A stretch of DNA of 62,789 nt, the filler included, from Sluysia triapertura (taxonomy: Eukaryota): the NCBI GenBank assembly GCA_046118255.1. It is 5 parts of 5 records of this genome, joined end to end, with 100 filler letters (N's around TTAATTAATTAA, not from the genome) between each part and the next. Parts side by side here need not be neighbours in the genome. Positions count along the whole stretch, not along the records: positions 52,013 to 62,789 come from JBJNIA010193616.1; 4 more parts are not named here. The stretch is one strand, 5' to 3'. Below, piece after piece: positions 55,815 through 62,789 of this stretch. The stretch's first letter is position 1. Every line of letters begins with the position of its first letter. The position numbers and the translations under genes are program-made. Under the pieces are notes generated by a model that was not told where the DNA came from, did not search any database, and was given only the letters and a program-made list of their open reading frames with translations.

Positions 55815-56325
55815 TCAGCTGATTCCTGAATCTGAATTCTCTTCTGATGTAATTGTTGATGGCGATCCCCATGACACATCTGATAGATGGAGTTTAGATT
55901 CGACGATGTCAGGTAATGGTAAGTCTGGAACTTGTAATGGTGGATTTGACATAGGCATTTGGTATAAAGTTAATTCGTCACCAACTTGTGGAACTAATAT
56001 TTGCGGTATAATTATATTTGAACCTGGAGGTACTTTTATAAATCCATATTTTCTGTGAATAACCATATCTTCCAATCTGTTGATAACATCCATTCCTAAT
56101 ATTAATTCATATGGGCTACTATCCCAAACATTTACTAGAATTTGTACATAGTGTTCTAATACTTCTATATAACATGATAGAGTTCCATTGATATACATGG
56201 GTGTTTGATTTACATTATATGTTACTAGACTTGGTCTGTTTAAGAATATTGATTCCCAAGTAGTTAGAAAATTTTTATGAACCACACTAATAGTAGCTGC
56301 AACCCATCGTCAGTTAAACCGCACA
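55815..56325 (-). pseudogene. Second retropepsin-like domain after integrase
   Basis: GLTDDG(frameshift)AATISVVHKNF...ING...ELILGMDVINRL matches the LxDxGAxxSxx and ILGxD motifs. Confidence 0.55.
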
Positions 56326-56485
56326 TTTTGCATTATATGAGCTAGGTCATTTCCACATGTTTTTTCCTTAGTGCATGAATTGACGGTGGTTTATCTCGGT
56401 CTTTATGTATTGGCTGAATTTTCAATTTTGATTTTTGTACCTTTCTATTTCTTAAGTTATATTCCTCTTTCGGTGCCATTTTACA

Positions 56486-57450
56486 TCAGTTGACATGTAC
56501 TACAAACGTTTCAGAATTAATTTTATTAGGATCCTTAACAAAAACATTTGTATCTGTAACTTTTGTTATTAGATAAGGGCCTTTAAAAGATTTATGTAAT
56601 TTTGGTGAGTGGCCAGGTTTAGTTATCGGATAGTCTATAATAACTTGGTCACCTATTTTAAATGTATGTTCTTTCGCTGTTTTATCGTATGCATCTTTAT
56701 ATATTCCTTGAGAATACTTAATTTGAAGACCTGCCCGTTCTCTCAATGTAGTTACATATTCTGGAATTTCTAAGTACTGTGAAGTAGGTGGTACCCATTC
56801 TAAATCCACTGGCATGTTGGAGTGTCTACCGTACATTAAATAGAATGGAGTGAAATTAGTTGGTGGATGTACAGAACTTCTACATGCAAAAAGACATGGT
56901 GCTATATATAGGTCCCAGTCGGATTGTCTATCGTTTACATAAGATTGGATCATATTAATAAGTGTTCTGTTAAAACGTTCTACTAATCCGTCAGTTTGTG
57001 GATGGTAAGGTGATGTGTAAATTCGAAGAATATTAAAGATTTTAGCTACTGATTTGATCACATCGCTGGTAAAGTTAGTTCCTTGATCTGTTAGTAATTT
57101 ACGAGGAGTTCCATATCTATATATTATCTTTACCACCAGTATCTGCGCTACTGTTTCAGCCTTTTGATTAGGCATCGGGTATGCCTCTGGCCATTTTGTC
57201 AAATAATCGGCGAATACGATTATATACTTATTACCGTTGGTAGTTTCTCGAAGAGGACCCATAATGTCCATAGCGGTAAATTCCATTGGTGATAATGACA
57301 CTGGCATAGGCTTTAGTGGTACTTTAGTTTTTTTTGTCCTGTATTCTTTCGTCGACAACATATTGAACAATCTTTACACCATTTCCTTATATCCGATTCC
57401 ATATTTTCCCCGCAGTATTTACTTGTAATTCTTGATAATATCTTTCTTGT
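56486..57450 (-). pseudogene. Gypsy integrase
   Basis: WCKDCSIC zinc remnant; DDE triad in AMDIMGP, LLTDQG and GLVERFNRTL; C-terminal FKGPY. Confidence 0.95.
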
Positions 57451-57500
57451 TGATAGACATTCGTTAAATGCCTTTGTTTGTTCTTCGGTTCATTTAAATA

Positions 57501-58405
57501 CTACATCCTTCTTAGTTTTCTAAGAGGGCTTGCTATTTTTGCGAAATTTTTAACAAACCTCCTGTAATAATTAGCCAGACCTAGAAAACTCTGAACCTTT
57601 TTAACATTATCTGGTTGAGGAAACTTAATTACTTTCTCAATATTTCTTGGGTTTGGTTTAATACCATCATTAGATACTATGTGTCCTAAGAATTTGACTT
57701 TTTCTTCTGCCCATACACATTTTGTAGGTTTAATCTTAAGTCTTGCAACTTCTATTCTTTTCAAGATATTATCTAAATCTTCCAAGTGAGTTTTAAAATC
57801 CTTTGAAAATATTATAATGTCATCTATGTATACCATGACATTGTTACATCTTGATAGTACAAAATTCATACAACGTAGGAAAGTTGCTGATGCGTCGGCT
57901 AGACCAAAAGACATCTTTTCGCATTCGTATAACTCATTTCCACATGTAAACGCTGCTTTATGTTTATATTTTTCTGCTATTTCAATCTGCCAATACCCGC
58001 TTTGTAAGTCTAACGTAGTAAAATACGTAGCGTTCCCTAGTTTGTCTAGCATTTCATCTATTTGTGGTAGTGGGAATACATCTTTTCGTGTTATCTTATT
58101 CAATTCCCTAAAATCTATAAAGAATCGCATCGTGCCATCTTTCTTTTTAACTAATAATACTGGTGATGAAACAGGAGAGAAACTCGGTCGCATTACTCCA
58201 GCTTTCTTCATAGTGTCGATTTGATCTTGCATTTCTTTTTGATTGAAAATAGGAATTCTATAAGGTTTTCTTCGAATTACCTTATCTTCTGTTAATGGTA
58301 TCTCATGTTTTATAATTACCGAATCTCCAATATCGTATTTATTTTTTGAAATTGCTCTTGGATATCGATATATAACTTCATATAGTTGTTCTTTTTGTCT
58401 TTTAG
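57501..58405 (-). pseudogene. Gypsy reverse transcriptase (RNase H deleted)
   Basis: SPVLLVKKKDG..IDFRELN; LDLQSGYWQI; YIDDIIIFS; FLGH; FLGLANYYRRFV. Confidence 0.95.
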
Positions 58406-59150
58406 TTAGATTTTGTTGTTAATTTGAATTTCTCCATAATCTTCTTCTTGTATGTCACGTTGTAATTTTATTATGTTACTTTTCGTATCTGTTACTATAT
58501 TAATATGCGTCGGCATTTTATAATTAACAATCCTCCTTAATTTAGTTCCGGTGAATAACCATTTATTGTTGTTGGTATAATTTATAAGTCGAACAGGTAT
58601 TTTTCCTTCGCAATTATTACAAAGTGAATCTGCAATACCTATGCCCAATTTCTCTTGATTAGTTTCTGAAGCTATAAACATAATTCTGCCAGTTAATGAA
58701 CTTTTGGTTTTTGCAGGCATTATGTATTCGGTTCTACTTAATAACCATAGTAGTTCGTCAATGTAAACACCATCGTCGTCGTCGTCGATAGTTCTCTTTG
58801 AATAACTTTCCATTAGTTTGACACTATCAAAATCTAGTATTTCTCCTTTTTGTTGTGGCAGTATATCCATCCCAAGATCATATCTTCTGGACATTTTTTC
58901 ATCACTCTCAATTTTACTTCTACTTTATTCTGTCCTATTTCGCATACGGCTTTCATTACTCCAACAATGTGTATGACATCTCCAGTGACTCCTGATAAGT
59001 GTGAAAAATGATTTGAAAGGTTCCCATGTTCTTCTTCTGTTAATTGATTTTCATTAATTAATGATGCCACTGCTCCTGTATCCACAAGTGCCAATATCGT
59101 TCTTCCATTGATTTTGACGTTGGCTATTGATCTTTTAGAAATATTATAGT
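58406..59150 (-). pseudogene. Aspartic protease and PR-RT linker
   Basis: INGRTILALVDTGAVASLI...DMILG; linker GKIPVRLINY. Confidence 0.9.
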
Positions 59151-59359
59151 TATTATTTGCACATATTATCATATAAACCACATTCGGTATTGGTGCTGTT
59201 GGGGGATTTGGATAAATTTTATCCTTCTGCGATCTTTTAAGATTTTCCTTTAATTCTTCAATCTCTTCATTTTCATCATTTTGAATTGTTTGTAATGTCA
59301 CATTTTCATTTTCAGTTCTTGTTCTTTCTTTTCTTAACTCATTTATTTGTGAACCAGCA

Positions 59360-60370
59360 TGATGGTGTAACAAGTACATCGCCAAAATGGAAAGCAGCCT
59401 ATTATCAATTTCAATGTAAAACCTGAAATCTTATAAATTCCGACAACAGAGAAAACTTGAGATATTATTAATGCTACCACCTTAATTATTATATAAATAC
59501 CAATTAACCCTGAAAAGGCTTGGCCTATAATTAAAAAATTACCCAAAATGTGTTTTAGTGTATTTTGTGCGGCTCTTTTAAAATGATCCGGTCCTAATAG
59601 CAATTCGAAATTAATTCTTCCATCTTTTTCTACTGTTGCCTTATCTAATTTTGATTTTTTTATAGGGAAAAGTATCTCCCGCCACGCCGCTTGTATATCT
59701 TCGTTTCTATACATACCTGAATGGGGTGTATTTTTTGTTGCTAAAAATTTCAAATTTCCTTTTAACTACGTTAATCGAATAATTTCCGGTACTTTGACTT
59801 GAATTCTGTGTGGTAATGAAATCCATAAGTTTTCATCTATTCTATATACCGGAGCCATTACATTTGAACAGTGCATTAACTTTGGTTTAATCTTATCACT
59901 AGGAAATTTTACTTTTGTTACTGGTAATATTCCTTACAAAATTTTCTTGAGAGACGCATTCGATTGATCCTTGTTCACAAGTTCCATCTGTTAGTATGTT
60001 TCCGGCAGATCTAATATTATAGATAATTTTGTCCTTAGAATAATCCTATATAACCGGTTTCGAAGGCATCTCTACAATTATTCGGTAATTGTAATAGGTG
60101 TGACAATTCTATTATAGATGAATGACTATGGTGACCACAATACCATATCGCTACCGATATTTTTACCATACATACTCTAACCAGTGCTGTTATTAAATTT
60201 CCTTCTTAGTATACACTAAAGAATCTTATTTGGTCTTGATTCCGGGCAGTCTTCTGTATCCAGTAATGAGAACTTCCTACCAACTGTGGCTGATTATAGT
60301 CAAAAGTTTTTATTGCAAAGGTTTATTTATACCAAACATGGCCAACAATATTATCACAAAGAGCATGTTG
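59360..60370 (-). pseudogene. env-like: Chuvirus-like (class III-type) envelope glycoprotein, internally deleted
   Basis: Signal MLFVIILLAMFG, then IKTFD..FSLLDTEDCPE; VCMVKISVAIWYCGHHSHSSI; AGNILTDGTCEQG; CSNVMAPVYRIDENLW; SGMYRNEDIQAAWREILFP; long C-terminal hydrophobic region GQAFSGLIGIYIIIKVV..GFTLKLIIG. Confidence 0.8.
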
Positions 60371-61949
60371 TTTGTTGAATTTCCTAATCGTGGTATAGCT
60401 GTATTTAACATATTATTGTTTCCGAATAGATTTGCAAATAAATTTGATGTTTCTTCGGTTTTCTGATTCTTTTTTCTTTTAATTATATTTATCCAACTTC
60501 CTTGTTCTTCAATCATAACTTTGTTTTCTTATTAATAAAATCTATAACCTTATTTATTTTATTCTTATTAATTATCCTTTCCTTATTGCATTGAAACACA
60601 GTGTAAGCTAAAATTATTTTAAATCTTTCTCTATTTATCCCCTTACCAAGTTGTTTATTAATAATTAATTTATACTGTCCATTCTCTATAAAATCACAAC
60701 ATCTTTGTCCTTATATTTCTCCTCTATTTGTTTTATAAGTTTTATTATTATGCTATTATAGTCTTTTAGTTTGGGTAATAATTTCTTATATTTACTAGAG
60801 TTTGTAAACGTATTAGATAAAAACGCATAAACTATGTTTCTTGTATTCAATTCTATTGATTCTTCTTCACTTTCGTCTATTATTTTTGTCAAATCTATAA
60901 TGTTTCTTCTAATGGGATTAGGTGCTATTAGTACATCATCTTCATTTTTTCTTGGGCGACTAGGCCGTCTTTTAATCGTATTAGTTTCTTTATCACTTGT
61001 TTCAGTATGTGGATTTCTATTCACATCAACTATATAATCAGGCTCTTCTACCGGGTCATTACTTTTCGTTATTTCATTATCGTTCTCATCCATTAATATG
61101 AATGATTGAGGGTTCATATTTACTTCATCATCCGATATATTTTCGAATAAGGTTTCACATTCAGTAGTTTTGTTAGTAGTAACAGCGTTTATTATTTTCT
61201 CGTGGTTTCCTAATGGATGACCATAATCGTTAAGAAAGTCTGTAGGTATTATCGTAGAATAAGTCTACATTCAGAATTGATGGATCATTCGATTTTATTA
61301 TATTAATAATGACTTGAACCAAAAAATTTACTGGTTATTCCATGAAAATATTGACAAGTCCATTTAATGACATATTAATTTTCATTAATATTCGTGGATC
61401 TGTTTTGCTTTCCATTAATGCAATCTTTTAATAATTTTCTTGCTTTATATTGCTGGCTTCACTTAATATGACCAAACTTGGTTTGATACTCTGTGCATTA
61501 AACATATTTAAATCTAAATTTAAAATCGTATCCAGATTTTTATCGATATCATCGTTCTTTTCTACTTCAGCTAATGATGGTTCGGGTTTGTCTGTTTTTC
61601 CAGGTTATCCAAGTCAACTGTTTGCTCTTTCTCTTCATTGCCTAATATAATTTTTGAATCTAAATCTTCAATTATATCATCAACTAAGTCATCTTCATTA
61701 ATTGACTCATCTGTTTGGGTGGTTAACTCTTCTTCGTTTATTATATTATTATCTTGTTCCCATCTTCTAATAATTGCTTCGATTTTTTTACCTCTATCTC
61801 TTGAGTTGTTTTTTCTGTTTTTCTTTCATTACTTTCAACGTTTTCTTTTTATCTTTATTCACCTTTTTCCGAAAAACGTAGTTGATGAATGTTTCATCCT
61901 CGTCTTCTTGTTCTATCTTTGTCTTTCTCCTTTCTTCTCACATATCCAT

Positions 61950-62328
61950 ACTATCTAGCTTTGCTCTGCAAAAATCACTTCATTTGTTAGTCTTCTTGGA
62001 TATTTTTCGTAACCAAAATCTTCGTAATATTCATCGTAATTACAATTAATCTGTCCCTTGTCTTCAAACTTTACTCTTCTTGGAGAGCTTTGTCTGTTTT
62101 TATTAAGATTTTGTTTGAAAGTTTCGAATTTCAATTTGTCGCATAGTGTCCTGGTTTATTATTATTTTTATCAGTTATTATTATTTCTCCTTCGGTATTA
62201 ATTCTTATTTTGTAATTATTATAATTTGGTCTAGATGGACTTTTATTTCTATCGTAATTATTTCTTTGTCTATCATTACTTGACCATCTGGGAAGCGGTC
62301 TTCGCTCATTGTAGTGGCCAACACTCAT
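61950..62328 (-). pseudogene. gag C-terminal (nucleocapsid) remnant
   Basis: R/N/S-rich stretch followed by GEIII..NNKPGHYATN, a decayed CCHC knuckle. Confidence 0.55.
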
Positions 62329-62334
62329 AATTTA

Positions 62335-62789
62335 AAATTAATCAAAATTCATATTTAACATTCATAAATTAAATTTCACCAAAATTCAATTTTCAAAACA
62401 ATCACACTTTTTACTATCGAACTACACCAACACAAAAATCATAAAAACAACACTCGATATTTATAACACCTCATCAACATACACATATCAACAATTCAAC
62501 TAACATTTTTAACCATCCATAGTACAACAAACTCCGACATTTAATCTCGAATAATTCACAATATCCACTCATAAGATATTTTAACAAACAAATTACAATC
62601 ACAATATAAAATACACAAATCATAAACATAGTAGCATTATTCAACAACGCTAGCAACTACCTTAGAAACATAAATCATTTTTATCAAAATCCTTAATCAA
62701 CTACACCAACCGAAATCCACTTTATATACACATATTCATCATTAACAATTACTCGTAATAACATCATAAATACTTTAAGATTCATTTTG
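62335..62789 (+). mobile_element. A/C-rich LINE-like remnant truncating the Gypsy element
   Basis: Strong A/C skew like the element at the window start; fragmentary TPT..TLDI motif resembling an APE endonuclease C-terminus. Confidence 0.35.

Larger units (their letters stand above)
54541..62330 (-). mobile_element. Decayed Ty3/Gypsy retroelement: gag end - unknown spacer - chuvirus-like env - PR - RT - INT - second PR-like - membrane ORFs; 5' truncated, LTRs not identified
   Basis: Collinear minus-strand ORF fragments; PR-RT-INT order and GPY/F motif indicate Ty3/Gypsy. Confidence 0.9.

Noticed and set aside
55402-61958. Plus-strand ORFs overlapping the Gypsy element (e.g. 57817-58224, 61638-61958)
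   Set aside because: Antisense shadows of the minus-strand coding sequence.
1-62789. CRISPR arrays, operons, rRNA genes
   Set aside because: Eukaryotic intron-containing sequence; no regularly spaced repeats or rRNA-like regions seen.

Overview
Very AT-rich eukaryotic (metazoan) scaffold with five assembly gaps, 35-38 nt introns and heavy transposon litter. The tiny introns resemble a compact invertebrate genome such as an orthonectid, but that is a weak inference. Host genes: a miniature 4-exon CBP/p300-like acetyltransferase, MSS4/RABIF, three C-terminal CCZ1 exons, a GAS2-family exon, a decayed LIN54/tesmin copy and a CCCH-finger fragment. Mobile DNA: L2/CR1-type LINE fragments plus hAT and piggyBac remnants. 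Three mobile systems stand out. (1) A decayed Ty3/Gypsy element (minus strand, ~54.5-62.3 kb) has a chuvirus-like glycoprotein between gag and the protease, read in frame into the protease through a PTAP-containing tail, plus a second protease-like domain and membrane ORFs after integrase. (2) A ~770-bp TG..CA LTR-like family (4 copies, 4-bp TSDs) carries six-unit heat-shock elements and is linked to an unknown ORF family and a RING-H2 fragment. (3) A ~155-bp TGTT..AACA element with 4-bp TSDs carries a tRNA-Ala-like Pol III cassette. All homology calls are by-eye motif recognition; no database searches were run.
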